DNA of 64,000 nucleotides from an uncultured Verrucomicrobiae bacterium (GCA_963769025.1 CAVYKI010000003.1:928001-992000), one strand, 5' to 3'; shown: positions 10,041-20,544, numbered from the stretch's first letter. The notes: generated by a model from the sequence alone, not told the origin. Translations and numbers: made by a program.

Positions 10041-10662
10041 CTAGGAGTTTGTGGTCTCGGTTGCGGGAGTCGGGTCTGCCGGTGCGGCAGCTTCCGCTGG
10101 TGCGGCTGCTGGCTCGGGAGTCTCTGCCTTTGCGGCAGGCGCTTCCGGGGCACCGCCGCCCTTGGTCGGCCTTGGCCTGAAGGACGCGGGCGAGCTGGCT
10201 GGCCGGCTCGTTGAGCAGGCGGACGAGCTTGCTCGCGGGCGCCTGGAGGACGCCGAGGAGCTGCGAGAGCAGGACGTCGCGCGAAGGAAGATCGGCGATG
10301 GCCTGAATCTGCTCACTGCTGACGATGAGGCGGTCCACCACGCCCGTGCGGATGGTCGGCTTCTTGAATTCCGCCGTGAAGTTCTTCAGGACTTTCGCGG
10401 CAGCCGCGACGTCCTTTTCGCCGGTGACGATGGCGTTCTGGCCGCGGAGTTCGCCGAGGTCGGGCAGACCGGCTCCCTTCGCCGCGAGGCGCAGGTAGCT
10501 GTTCTTCACGACCGAGCAGCGGGCGCCGGCCTTGTCGAGGCGGGTGCGCAGCTCGGAGAACTGGGTGACGTTGAGGCCGGTGTAATCGGCGACGAAGATG
10601 AAGGGCGAGTCGTTGAGTCGCTTGTTGAGGTCGGTAACGATGGATGCTTTTGCGGGATGCAT
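10041..10662 (-). CDS. rplJ: 50S ribosomal protein L10 with an Ala/Pro-rich C-terminal tail (frameshift near 10160)
   Basis: ADYTGLNVTQFSELR, VVKNS and IADLPSRDVLLSQLLGVLQAP. The tail GGGAPEAPAAK...TETTNS is in the alternative frame. Confidence 0.93.
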
Positions 10663-10677
10663 GGTGTGGGTCCTCGG

Positions 10678-11382
10678 TTAGGCGAGTTTCAGGAACTGTG
10701 CGGCATCCACGGTGACGCCGGGCGTCATGGTTGCACTCAGCGTGATGTTGTCAACGAAGCGCCCCTTCGCGGTCGCGGGACGCGCCTTGATGACGGCGTC
10801 GATGACCGCTTTGCCGTTCTCGACGAGCTTCTCCAGGTCAAAGCTGAACTTGCCGACAGGCACCGCGATGTTCGCGTTCTTATCGAGCTTGAACTCGACG
10901 CGGCCCGCCTTCACTTCGCGCACGGCCTTCGCCGTGTCTTCGGTGACGGTGCCGGTCTTCGGGTTCGGCATGAGGCCGCGGGGTCCGAGGACCTTGCCGA
11001 GCTTGCGCACTTCGGCCATCGCTCCGGGCGTGGCGACTGCGACATCGAAATCCTGGAAACCACCGACGCACTTCTCGATCATGTCCTTGTAGCCGACGAA
11101 TTCCGCACCGGCGGCCTTCGCGGCCTCGGCTGCAGCGCCTTCCGCGAAGACGAGCACGCGGACGGTCTTGCCCGAGCCATGCGGCAGCGGGCAGGTGCCG
11201 CGGACCATCTGGTCGGATTGCTTCGGGTCCACGCCGAGCCGGAACGCGAGCGTCACGGTCTGGTCGAACTTGGTGGGAGGCATCGCCTTCAGTGCGGCGA
11301 CTGCTTCAGTCAGCGGATAGACTTTCTTGTCATCGCGCTTTTCCGCGGCTGCGCGGTATCTTTTTGAACGGTGTTGAGCCAT
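10678..11382 (-). CDS. rplA: 50S ribosomal protein L1
   Basis: KFDQTV..RLGVDPKQSDQMVRGT..LPHGSGK and LGPRGLMPNPKTGTVT. Confidence 0.98.
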   Translation of the reverse strand: MAQHRSKRYRAAAEKRDDKKVYPLTEAVAALKAMPPTKFDQTVTLAFRLGVDPKQSDQMVRGTCPLPHGSGKTVRVLVFAEGAAAEAAKAAGAEFVGYKDMIEKCVGGFQDFDVAVATPGAMAEVRKLGKVLGPRGLMPNPKTGTVTEDTAKAVREVKAGRVEFKLDKNANIAVPVGKFSFDLEKLVENGKAVIDAVIKARPATAKGRFVDNITLSATMTPGVTVDAAQFLKLA

Positions 11383-11390
11383 GTGTTTTT

Positions 11391-11421
11391 GCAGTGCTGG
11401 CGGGCGGTTTTGCCCTCCTGC
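11391..11421 (-). promoter_or_regulatory. L1-binding autoregulatory RNA motif in the rplA leader
   Basis: mRNA reads GCAG-GA-GGGC-aaaacc-GCCC-GCCAGCA-CUGC, two helices flanking an asymmetric internal loop, 8 nt before the ATG. Confidence 0.7.
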
Positions 11422-11451
11422 GGTTGATTGTTTTCCCCGTCTCCACCGGCG

Positions 11452-12927
11452 TCATTGCCGCTGGAAAAAGGGCGCGCACTCTAATTCACGCCCCCTGTGT
11501 GTCAACCGGGAATTCTCAGCAATGCGGGGCTCGGTGCCGGCGTCAGCAGGGGCGAGAGCGGGTTGCCCGTTGCCCTTCGCGTTTGGCGACATGAACCGCA
11601 GTTCGAATTCCGTCCCCTTTTCATCCGAGCGCAGCAGCCGCACGTCCCCTCCCTGTGCGGTCGCGAGTTCCCGGGCGATGCTCAGGCCGAGGCCGTGGCC
11701 CGCCCGCGACTCATCCCGGTCGCCCCGGGCAAAGCGGTCGAAAATCCACGGCATGCGTTCCGGCGGGATCGGGACGCCGCTGTTGGCGATGACGATGAAC
11801 ACCCCATCGCGCCGTTCGCCGGCCCTGACGCGGATGACGCCGCCATGCCGGTTGTACTTCACGGCGTTCTCGAGGAGGTTCAGGAGGATTTGCTCCGTCC
11901 GCTGCGGGTCCGCGATGGCTCGGAGGGCCTGCGGCAAGTCCCGCTCGATCCGGATTCCCTGATCCGATCCCAGCACTTCCGCATCCTCGATGCACCGGTC
12001 GATGATCGGGAGCAGGTCCGTATCGCTCGCCTGCGTCTGGATGCCGCCGGCGTCCGCCCTCGCCAGCAGGAGGAGTCCTTCGGTCAATGACGAGAGCCGG
12101 CGCGTCTGGTCGAGGAGGTCTTGGAGGACTTCCACCTGATCGGGCCGGAGATTCGAATCGCTGAGCAGCGACTCGATGGCCGCGCGCGCGACGGTAATCG
12201 GGGTCTTGAGCTGGTGCGATGCATCCGAGGCAAAGCGCACCGCCTGCAGGTAACTCCGCTCCAGCCGCTCGAAGGTGTTGTTGAGCACGTTCGTCAGCAG
12301 CCGGATTTCATCCCGTGCGGCAGGGACCGGCAGGCGCTGGTGCAAATCCTCGGCGCTGATTCGCGCCGCGGCCTCTGTGATCCTGCGGACCGGTTGCAGC
12401 GCACGCCGCGCGACCCAGTACCCGCCGAGGACACTCAGAAGTGCCGCCACCGGCAGCGCCGCGAGGCTCGCGTTTTTCACACGCTCCAAGGTGAGCTCCG
12501 TGGGCTTGAGCGGAAAGCCGAACACCACCGTCAGCCCGCCCTCTTGGTAAGTCGCGACCTGATAGGACTGCTTCCCGATCATCGCATGGTGCGGCTCCGC
12601 GGGCCCGCCTCGCATGGTCCGCTCCTTCAGGCCTTGGGAGCGATAGAGGAGCTTTTCCCCTGGGCCGAAAATCTCGATGGGAAACGTGCTCACGGAACGC
12701 GGCATCATCTCCTTGGTGACGGTCGTGAGCTTGTCTGGCGCCCCCCCCGACTGGTGTTCGAGTTCCAAAAAGACATCCTTCACCGTGCGTTCCATGCGTG
12801 CCTCGACGTAGGACATCAGCTCCCTGTCGAGCACCACGGTCGTCACGATCACCGAGATCCCCATCGTGAGCGCGGCGAGCAGGAACGACCACAGCGCCAC
12901 CTTGGCTGTGAGCGGGAACTTCTTCAT
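11452..12927 (-). CDS. Sensor histidine kinase (CusS/QseC-like; HAMP, HisKA and HATPase domains)
   Basis: Two TM segments, HAMP, ASHQLKTP H-box, NLLENAVKY, FDRF and GHGLGLSI. Confidence 0.93.
   Translation of the reverse strand: MKKFPLTAKVALWSFLLAALTMGISVIVTTVVLDRELMSYVEARMERTVKDVFLELEHQSGGAPDKLTTVTKEMMPRSVSTFPIEIFGPGEKLLYRSQGLKERTMRGGPAEPHHAMIGKQSYQVATYQEGGLTVVFGFPLKPTELTLERVKNASLAALPVAALLSVLGGYWVARRALQPVRRITEAAARISAEDLHQRLPVPAARDEIRLLTNVLNNTFERLERSYLQAVRFASDASHQLKTPITVARAAIESLLSDSNLRPDQVEVLQDLLDQTRRLSSLTEGLLLLARADAGGIQTQASDTDLLPIIDRCIEDAEVLGSDQGIRIERDLPQALRAIADPQRTEQILLNLLENAVKYNRHGGVIRVRAGERRDGVFIVIANSGVPIPPERMPWIFDRFARGDRDESRAGHGLGLSIARELATAQGGDVRLLRSDEKGTEFELRFMSPNAKGNGQPALAPADAGTEPRIAENSRLTHRGRELECAPFFQRQ
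11478..11505 (-). promoter_or_regulatory. Sigma70-type promoter for rplA
   Basis: TTGACA-N16-TAGAGT on the minus strand. Confidence 0.7.
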
Positions 12928-13601
12928 GTTCCGGACGGCCCGATCATATACCCGGTGCCGCGCACCGTCTTGATCAGGCTCACGGGAGAATTTGCATCCA
13001 CCTTCGTGCGCAGCCGCTGGATGTACACGTCCACGGCGTTCGTGTCGTTATCCAGCGCGCTCTTCCACACGTGCTCGCAGACTTCCGTCCGGGTGACCGC
13101 CTTTCCCGAGTGCAGCATGAGGAAATGCAACACCTCATACTCGCGCTGGGAAAGGTGGATGCGTTCCCCGGCCCGCGTGACGATGTGGGTGGTTTCGTTC
13201 AGCACCAGGTCGTCCACGCGCAGGAGCGGCGAGGCGTCCTCGCCCTTGCGCCGCGTCAGCACATTCACGCGCGCCAGCAGTTCCTCCATGGAAAATGGCT
13301 TCGCGAGGTAATCATCCGCGCCGCGGTTCAGGCCGGCGATGCGGTCCTTCACGTCCCCGCGCGCCGTGAGGATGAGCACCGGCGTGCTGATGCTGCGATC
13401 GCGGATCCCGCCGAGAATCTCAAGCCCGTCGCGCCCCGGCAGCCCGAGATCGAGGACGATCACGTCGTGCGGCTCGCTCGTCGCCGTGGCAAATCCCGAA
13501 TCGCCATCCGCGATGGCCGTGACCGCGTGACCCGCGCCTGTCAGCGCCTTGGTCACGTAGGATGCAATCTTCGCTTCGTCTTCGATCAGGAGAACTTTCA
13601 C
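12924..13601 (-). CDS. OmpR-family response regulator
   Basis: LLIEDE, LDLGLPG, GADDYLAKPF and a winged-helix end TVRGTGY. Overlaps the kinase start by 4 nt. Confidence 0.95.
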   Translation of the reverse strand: MKVLLIEDEAKIASYVTKALTGAGHAVTAIADGDSGFATATSEPHDVIVLDLGLPGRDGLEILGGIRDRSISTPVLILTARGDVKDRIAGLNRGADDYLAKPFSMEELLARVNVLTRRKGEDASPLLRVDDLVLNETTHIVTRAGERIHLSQREYEVLHFLMLHSGKAVTRTEVCEHVWKSALDNDTNAVDVYIQRLRTKVDANSPVSLIKTVRGTGYMIGPSGT

Positions 13602-13707
13602 GTTTCAGGGGTGCCGCAAAATGCCGGCCGCCCGGCAAATTGCGAATGAAATCGCCTCCCCGCAACGGAGCGACGGGCACCCGATGCGCAACGGTGCTTC
13701 CCGGATT

Positions 13708-13959
13708 TCAGGCCTCGGCTTGGGGACCGGCTGGCACTTCCAAAGGAGCGCCCGCCGCCGCCTTCCAGCAGATTGCCAGATCAGATTCAGTCTCGAGGCG
13801 TTGCATGACGTGCTCGATTTCCCGCATCAGCGCCGGGTTGTCCTTCGCGCTTTCGACAAGCCGGCCTGTAAAATACCGCCTGCCTTCCTCGTTCAGTTTG
13901 GAGAACCGGTCGATGGTCTGCGTGAACACCGCGCTCCGGTCATTCGCTTCTTCGGTCAT
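13708..13959 (-). CDS. Small hypothetical protein (paralog of 14001-14420)
   Basis: 83-aa ORF sharing an SxLNExGxxYFxGxLV motif with its neighbour. Confidence 0.75.
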   Translation of the reverse strand: MTEEANDRSAVFTQTIDRFSKLNEEGRRYFTGRLVESAKDNPALMREIEHVMQRLETESDLAICWKAAAGAPLEVPAGPQAEA

Positions 13960-14000
13960 GGTTGGTTGATCCTGGTTGGGTTTGGGTTACCTGCCGTCCG

Positions 14001-14420
14001 TCATGCCGCCATGCGGGCCCTGGGGAAAATTGCGGCCAGAAGACGCGCCGAAAGCGGCAGCCGTTTGGCGGGTTTCGATTCCGGCCGGGGAAAGACGGCC
14101 AAGGGACTCTGCGGTGCGACGGGCGCAACCGGGAGCGGGGCTTCCTTGGCAACGATGACCGGACTTTCCACCGCGGGCGATGGAATCCGTTCGGCGGCGA
14201 AGATGGGGGCAGCCGTCGCAACTTCCGGAAGCGTGCAATGCCGCAATGCGGGGTCGTTCTCGATGTCATGCAGCACGCTCTCGACTGCCGTCATGATTTC
14301 GGGCCGGTGAAATCCCGCGCTGACCAGCCATCCTGCAAAATAATGCGCGCCGATCTCGTTCAGTCTGCTCACGCGTGAAACGAGTTCCGCGTTCGTCTGG
14401 GTCGTGTTGGTGTCGTCCAT
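14001..14420 (-). CDS. Small hypothetical protein with a Pro-rich tail (paralog of 13708-13959)
   Basis: 139-aa ORF with the shared motif and a sigma54-like promoter directly upstream. Confidence 0.75.
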   Translation of the reverse strand: MDDTNTTQTNAELVSRVSRLNEIGAHYFAGWLVSAGFHRPEIMTAVESVLHDIENDPALRHCTLPEVATAAPIFAAERIPSPAVESPVIVAKEAPLPVAPVAPQSPLAVFPRPESKPAKRLPLSARLLAAIFPRARMAA

Positions 14421-14437
14421 AGGTTGCGCATCTCATC

Positions 14438-14453
14438 GCAACAATCGTGCCGA
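14438..14453 (-). promoter_or_regulatory. Sigma54 (-24/-12) promoter
   Basis: Minus strand reads TCGGCACGATTGTTGC, matching YGGCACG-N4-TTGC, 17 nt upstream of the ATG at 14420. Confidence 0.7.
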
Positions 14454-14599
14454 ATACTTCGTCTTTCATTACAGTTTTCCGAAGGCGAGAGGTCCCCGCG
14501 ATCGCCCGCCGTTTTTTTAGCGAATGGCTTCACCTTTCTTTTACAACTCCCGAACGGCTCGCTGACAACCCGCCCGGCCCCGCGCGCTACGCTTCCACC

Positions 14600-15742
14600 A
14601 TGAAAATCACACATTCACTCGCCAATGCGGCGCTCGCCCTCGGAATCCTCCTCCCGGTCTGCGCCGCCGAATCCACCAAACCCGCCGCCGGCCAGCCCGT
14701 CGTGCAGCTCGCCATCCTGCTCGACACGTCGAACTCGATGGACGGCCTCATCGCGCAGGCCAAGACGCAGCTCTGGAACATCGTCAATGAATTCGCCACC
14801 GCAAAGCAGGACGGCAAGGCGCCGCGCGTGCAGGTCGCGCTCTACGAATACGGCAACCAGGGCCTCGACCGGAGGAAGGGCTTTGTGCGGCAGGTCGTCC
14901 CGCTCACCGATGATCTCGACAAGCTCAGCGAGCAGCTCTTTTCGCTGAAGACCAATGGCGGCGACGAATACTGCGGCTGGGTGATCCGCGACGCGGTGAA
15001 GGGACTCGAATGGGATTCCTCGCCGAAGACCTACAAGGCCATCTTCATCGCGGGGAATGAGCCGTTCACGCAGGGGCCGGAGAGCTACGTCGAGTCGTGC
15101 AAGGGCGCGATTGCGAAGGGCATCATCGTCAACACCATCCACTGCGGCCCGGAGCAGCAGGGCATCGAGGGAAAATGGAAGGACGGTGCCGCGCTCGCGG
15201 ACGGGCGTTTCCTCGTGATCAATCAGGACGCGCGCATCGCGCACATCGCCGCGCCGCAGGACAAGGACATCGCCGTTCTCAACTCAAAGCTGAACAGCAC
15301 CTACATCGCCTACGGACGCGGCGGCTTTGAGGGCAAATCCCGCCAGGAAACGCAGGACGCCAACGCGGCGTCCGCACCCGGCGGCTCCACGGTGCTCGCC
15401 GCGCGCGTCGCCTCAAAGTCATCCTCCAACTACAGCAATGCGCGATGGGATCTCGTGGACCGCGCCAAGGAGAAGGACTTCGACATTTCCAAGCTGAAGG
15501 ACGAGGAAATGCCCGAGGAAATGCGCAAGCTCGGCGTGGAGGAACGCAAGGCATTCATCGCGAAGAAAACCGCCGAGCGCGAGGCACTGCAAAAGGAACT
15601 CGGTGCCCTCGCCACGGAGCGGGAGAAATTCGTCGCGGAAAAGATGAAGGAGGCGGGCAAGGACACCACGCTCGGCGCGGCCGTCACCGGTGCAGTGCGC
15701 GAGCAGGCGTCGAAGAAAGGCGTGGTCTTCGAGAAGAAATAG
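14600..15742 (+). CDS. Secreted von Willebrand factor type A domain protein
   Basis: Signal peptide, MIDAS motif LLDTSNSMDG, TNGGDEYCG, IFIAGNEPF and a coiled-coil C-terminus. Confidence 0.88.
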   Translation: MKITHSLANAALALGILLPVCAAESTKPAAGQPVVQLAILLDTSNSMDGLIAQAKTQLWNIVNEFATAKQDGKAPRVQVALYEYGNQGLDRRKGFVRQVVPLTDDLDKLSEQLFSLKTNGGDEYCGWVIRDAVKGLEWDSSPKTYKAIFIAGNEPFTQGPESYVESCKGAIAKGIIVNTIHCGPEQQGIEGKWKDGAALADGRFLVINQDARIAHIAAPQDKDIAVLNSKLNSTYIAYGRGGFEGKSRQETQDANAASAPGGSTVLAARVASKSSSNYSNARWDLVDRAKEKDFDISKLKDEEMPEEMRKLGVEERKAFIAKKTAEREALQKELGALATEREKFVAEKMKEAGKDTTLGAAVTGAVREQASKKGVVFEKK

Positions 15743-15756
15743 GCGGCGCGTTGTCT

Positions 15757-15812
15757 GGGCGCGCTCGCCGAGCGCGCCCTACGGCGGTAGGGCGGCCTCG
15801 CCGAGGCCGCCC
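15757..15812. repeat. Pair of divergently oriented GTAG-type REP palindromes
   Basis: gggcgcgctcgccgagcgcgccctac and gtagggcggcctcgccgaggccgccc. Confidence 0.8.
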
Positions 15813-15883
15813 TCTTCTCTTTCCCGCTTCAAACTTCCGCTCGCCGGATGGCGCCCCGTGCCCTACAAGGCCGCGCCATTTTT

Positions 15884-18800
15884 ATGCCCACGAAGTCCTC
15901 CAGGAAAGACATGCCGATCCTCGCCGCGAAAAAACTCCTCGTCGCCAACCGCTCCGAGATCGCCATCCGCGTCATGCGCGCGGCGACGGAACTCGGCCTG
16001 CGCACGGTCGCGATTTATGCGGAGGAGGACCGATTTTCCATGCACCGCTTCAAGGCCGACGAGGCGTACCGCGTGGGCGAGGGCAAGGGGCCGGTCGGCG
16101 CGTATCTCGACATCGACGGCATCGTCGCGCTCGCGAAGGAGAAGGGCGTGGACATGATTCATCCCGGCTACGGATTTCTCTCGGAGAATGCGAAGTTTGC
16201 GCGCGGCGTGCGCGGAGGCGGGCATCACGTTCGTCGGGCCGCAAGCCGGAGCTGCTCGACCTCATGGGCGACAAGGTCGCGGCGCGCGCGCTCACGCAGA
16301 AGCTGAAAGTCCCCACGCTGCCCGGCACCGAGGATCCGGTGAGCGATCGCGAGGAGGCGCTGAAGGTCGCGGCGCAGATCGGATTCCCGCTGATCATCAA
16401 GGCGGCATTCGGCGGCGGCGGGCGCGGGATGCGCGTGGTGCAAAAAGCCGGGCGACCTCGATGCGCTGCTCGACGAGGCGCAGGGCGAGGCGGAGCGCGC
16501 GTTCGGCAACAGCGCGGTCTTTTTGGAAAGCTACATCGGCCGCGCGAAGCACATCGAGGTGCAGGTGCTCGGCGACCGGCATGGCAACGCGGTGCATCTG
16601 CACGAGCGCGATTGCTCGGTGCAGCGGCGGCATCAGAAGGTCGTCGAGATCGCGCCGAGCGTACGGCCTCGCCGACAAGGTGCGCCACGAGCTGTGCGAC
16701 GCCTCCGTGCGCATCGCGCAGGAGATCGGCTACGACAACGCGGGCACGGTCGAGTTCCTCTTCGACCTCGACACGGAGGAGTGGTTCTTCATCGAGATGA
16801 ACCCGCGCATCCAGGTGGAGCACACGGTGACGGAGCAGATCACCGGCATCGATCTCGTGCGCTCGCAGATCCTCATCGCGCAGGGCCACGCGCTGCACAG
16901 CGAGACCGGTCGGCATCCCCGCGCAGGACAAAATCCCGCGCAATGGTTTCGCCGTGCAGTGCCGCGTCACGACGGAGGATCCGGAGAACAAATTCACGCC
17001 GAACTACGGCAAGATCATCACGTATCGCAGCGCCGGCGGCTACGGCGTGCGGCTCGATGCGGGCATGGGCGACGCGGGCGCGGTCATCACGCCGTTCTAC
17101 GATTCGCTGCTGGTGAAGATCACCACGAGCGGGCACGACCTTCCACACGGCGCTGGATCGCATGGATCGCGCGCTGCGCGAATTCCGCATCCGCGGCGTG
17201 AAGACGAACATCTCCGTTCCTCGAGAACGTGATCAACCACCCGACCTTCCGCAGCGGACATGGCGACGACGACGCTGATCGACACGACGCCGGCGCTCTT
17301 CGACTTCAAGCCGCGCCGCGACCGCGCGACGAAGCTGCTCAATTTCCTCGGCAACGTCATCGTCAACGGCAACCCGCACGCCAAGGGCTACAAGCCCGCG
17401 CAGCCGCTCACCGCCGCGCCCGTGCCGAAGTGGGACGGCCGCGTGGAGCCCGCGGAAGGCACGCGCCAGCTGCTGCTCGAACTCGGGCCGAAGAAATTTG
17501 CCGAGTGGACGCTCAAGCAGAAGCGGCTGCTCGTCACCGACACGACCTTCCGCGACGCGCACCAGTCGCTCATGGCGACGCGCGTGCGCACCGCGGACAT
17601 GCTCGCCATCGCGCCGGCCGTGGCGCGGCGGACGCCCGAGCTTTTCTCCCTCGAAATGTGGGGCGGCGCGACCTTCGACACCGCGATGCGCTTCCTGAAC
17701 GAAGATCCGTGGCAGCGTCTGCGCTCGCTGCGCGCGACGGTGCCGAACATCTGCTTCCAGATGCTCCTGCGCGGCGCGAACGCCGTCGGCTACACGAGCT
17801 ATCCGGCGAATGTCGTCGCCGGTTTCGTGAAGCACAGCCGCCGAGGCGGCATGGATATTTTCCGCGTCTTCGATTCGCTGAATGATCTCGCCGAACATGA
17901 AGGCCGCGATGGAGGCGGTGCAGGAGACGCACGGCATCTGCGAAGGCGCGCTCTGCTACACCGGCGACATCCTCGATCCGAAGCGCACGAAGTATTCGCT
18001 GAAATACTACATCGCGCTCGCGAAGGAGCTGGAGAAAATGGGCGCGCACATCCTCGCGATCAAGGACATGGCCGGCCTCTGCCGCCCGTACGCCGCGAGC
18101 GCGCTCGTGAAGGCGCTGAAGGACGAAATCGGCATCCCCGTCCACTTTCACACGCACGACACGAGCGGCATCAATGCCGGCTCGCGTGCTCCGCGCGAGC
18201 GACGCGGGCGTGGATGTGGTCGACCTGGCCATCGCGAGCATGAGCGGCAGCACGTCGCAGCCGAACATGAACAGCGTCGTCGCCGCGCTGCAAAACACGC
18301 CGCGCGAGACCGGGCCTCGACCTCGATACGCTCAACGAATTCTCCGACTACTGGGAGCACGTGCGCGACTTTCTACGCGCCCTTCGACACCGCGCCGAAG
18401 ACCGGCAGCGCCGAGGTCTATCTCCACGAAATGCCCGGCGGCCAGTACACGAATCTCAAGGAGCAGGCCGCGAGCATGGGCCTCGGCCATCGCTGGCCGG
18501 AAATCGCGCGCTGCTACCGCGAGGTGAACGAGCTCTTCGGCGACATCGTGAAAGTCACGCCGTCGAGCAAGGTCGTCGGCGACATGGCGCTGTTCCTTTT
18601 CACCCGCGGCATCAAGCCCGCCGACGTGGTGAACCTCGAACCCGGCAGCATCGCATTCCCCGAGAGCGTGCTCGACATGCTCAGCGGCGGACTCGGCGAG
18701 CCGATGGGCGGCTTCCCGAAGGACGTGGTGCGCGCCGTCCTCGGCGACAAGAAGATCAAACGCACAAGACCCGAGCCCGTGAAGCTCAAGGACACGCGCG

Positions 18801-19366
18801 CCGAAGTCGCCACGAAAACCAAGCGCGACGAGAGCGACGACGACCTCTACTCGCACCTCATGTATCCGCAGGTCTTCGCGGACTTCGCGAAATTCCAGGC
18901 GAGCTTCAGCGACGTGAGCTGCCTGCCGACGCCCGCATTTTTCTACGGCCTGCGCCCCGGCGAGGAAGTCGCCGTGAGCATCGAGGAGGGCAAGGTGCTC
19001 TTCATCAAACTCATCAACATCGGCACGCCCGACAAGGACGGACGCCGCGTGATCACCTACGAGCTGAACGGCCTGCCGCGCGAAGCCACCGTGCTCGACA
19101 AGAGCATCTCGAAGGAAGTGAAGATGCGCCCGAAGGCCGCCGCCAGCGACCCGCTGCAAATCGGCGCGCCCATCCCCGGCATGATCACGGTGCTCGAAGC
19201 CAGCGTCGGCAAGGCCGTCGCCAAAGGCGACAAGCTCGCCACCCTCGAGGCGATGAAGATGCAGACGAACCTGCTCGCCCCCGCGGACGGCACCGTCGCC
19301 GAAGTGCTCGTGACGGTCGGCGAAGCGGTCGAGGCGGGGGATCTGATGATCAAGCTGCGGGCGTGA
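15884..19366 (+). CDS. pyc: Pyruvate carboxylase (many frameshifts, probably sequencing errors)
   Basis: [52 protein letters not shown] and the biotin site EAMKM, across consecutive ORF pieces. Confidence 0.95.
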
Positions 19367-19418
19367 AGACGGGGAAAGCCGCGTTGACTTGGGCGATGCC
19401 CGTTCGTAACGTGCCCTT

Positions 19419-20462
19419 GTGAAACATTTCACAAAGTCCGACAAGAACGCCTCCGACGTATCGAAAGGCGTGAACAAGACCGCGGCACTCAAGCAGACCT
19501 TCGAGCTGATCAATTCCGAACTCTACGCGGTGGAGGAACGGATCCGCGCGCAGGCGCGGGCATTCGACCCGGCGGTCGAGGGCTACGTGGCGTATGCGGT
19601 GGAAAGCAGCGGAAAGCGGCTGCGGCCGGCGCTCGCGCTCATCGCCGGCGGTGCGACGGGCAATATCGGGCCGGACCATTTTGACCTGGCGGTGGTCGTC
19701 GAACTCATCCACGCCGCGACGCTCGTGCATGATGACATTCTCGACAGCGCGGATACCCGCCGCGGCCAGCCCACGGCGAATGCGAAGTGGGGCAACGCGC
19801 TCTCGGTCCTGCTCGGCGACTGCCTTTTTGCACACGCGCTGAAGCTCGCGAGCGGATTCCGCAGCAGCGAGATGATGCGCCGCATGGCCGAGGCCGCGAG
19901 CGAGGTCTGCTCGGGCGAAATCATCCAGACGCAGCGCCGCTTCGATCTGAATCTCTCGGTGCCCGACTACTACCGCATCATCGAGATGAAGACCGGCGCG
20001 CTCTTTGCAGTGGCGACGGAGCTCGGCGCTTTCCTGAACGAGGCGACACCCTCGGTCATCGCCGCCATGCGTACCTTCGGGCTGAAGTTCGGGACGGCGT
20101 TCCAGATTTACGACGACGTGCTCGATCTCGCGGGCAATGAGGCGGGCGCCGGAAAGACACTCGGCAGCGATCTGCGCAAGGGGAAGCTCACGCTGCCCAT
20201 CCTCTATCTCCTCCAGCACAGCGAGCCCACGGACCGCGCGCGCATCTGCAAAATCATCCTCGGCGGCAATGACGACGAGATCTCCACGCTCGTGAAAAAG
20301 GCGATCGAAACAGGCGCGGTGAACAGCGCCGTGGTCACCGCCCGCCGGATGCTGCGGGAGACCGAAGTGCAGCTCAAGGTCGTCCCTGCGAACAAGTACC
20401 ACGATGCGCTGAAGGGATTGATCGGCACGCTCGACGGGATGCTCGGCCAGTTTGCCGAGTGA
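19419..20462 (+). CDS. ispB: Polyprenyl diphosphate synthase
   Basis: GKRLRP, VHDDILD..RRG, KTGALF, AFQIYDDVLD and GKLTLP. Confidence 0.9.
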   Translation: MKHFTKSDKNASDVSKGVNKTAALKQTFELINSELYAVEERIRAQARAFDPAVEGYVAYAVESSGKRLRPALALIAGGATGNIGPDHFDLAVVVELIHAATLVHDDILDSADTRRGQPTANAKWGNALSVLLGDCLFAHALKLASGFRSSEMMRRMAEAASEVCSGEIIQTQRRFDLNLSVPDYYRIIEMKTGALFAVATELGAFLNEATPSVIAAMRTFGLKFGTAFQIYDDVLDLAGNEAGAGKTLGSDLRKGKLTLPILYLLQHSEPTDRARICKIILGGNDDEISTLVKKAIETGAVNSAVVTARRMLRETEVQLKVVPANKYHDALKGLIGTLDGMLGQFAE

Positions 20463-20544
20463 GCGGGCGGCCGCTAAGAATCGCGTGCGACCGGGTTTGA
20501 CTCCGCCGGGGACGTCACGTTCCCTTTCCGCCAGCGCTCCTTTC

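Noticed and set aside
15884..19366. Multiple frameshifts in pyc, and also in pnp, gnd, nnr, the tolQ-like gene and pilC, read as programmed frameshifting or pseudogenes
   Set aside because: The indels are scattered single bases in many conserved genes whose motifs are otherwise intact, with no consistent slippery sites. Long-read consensus error explains this best.
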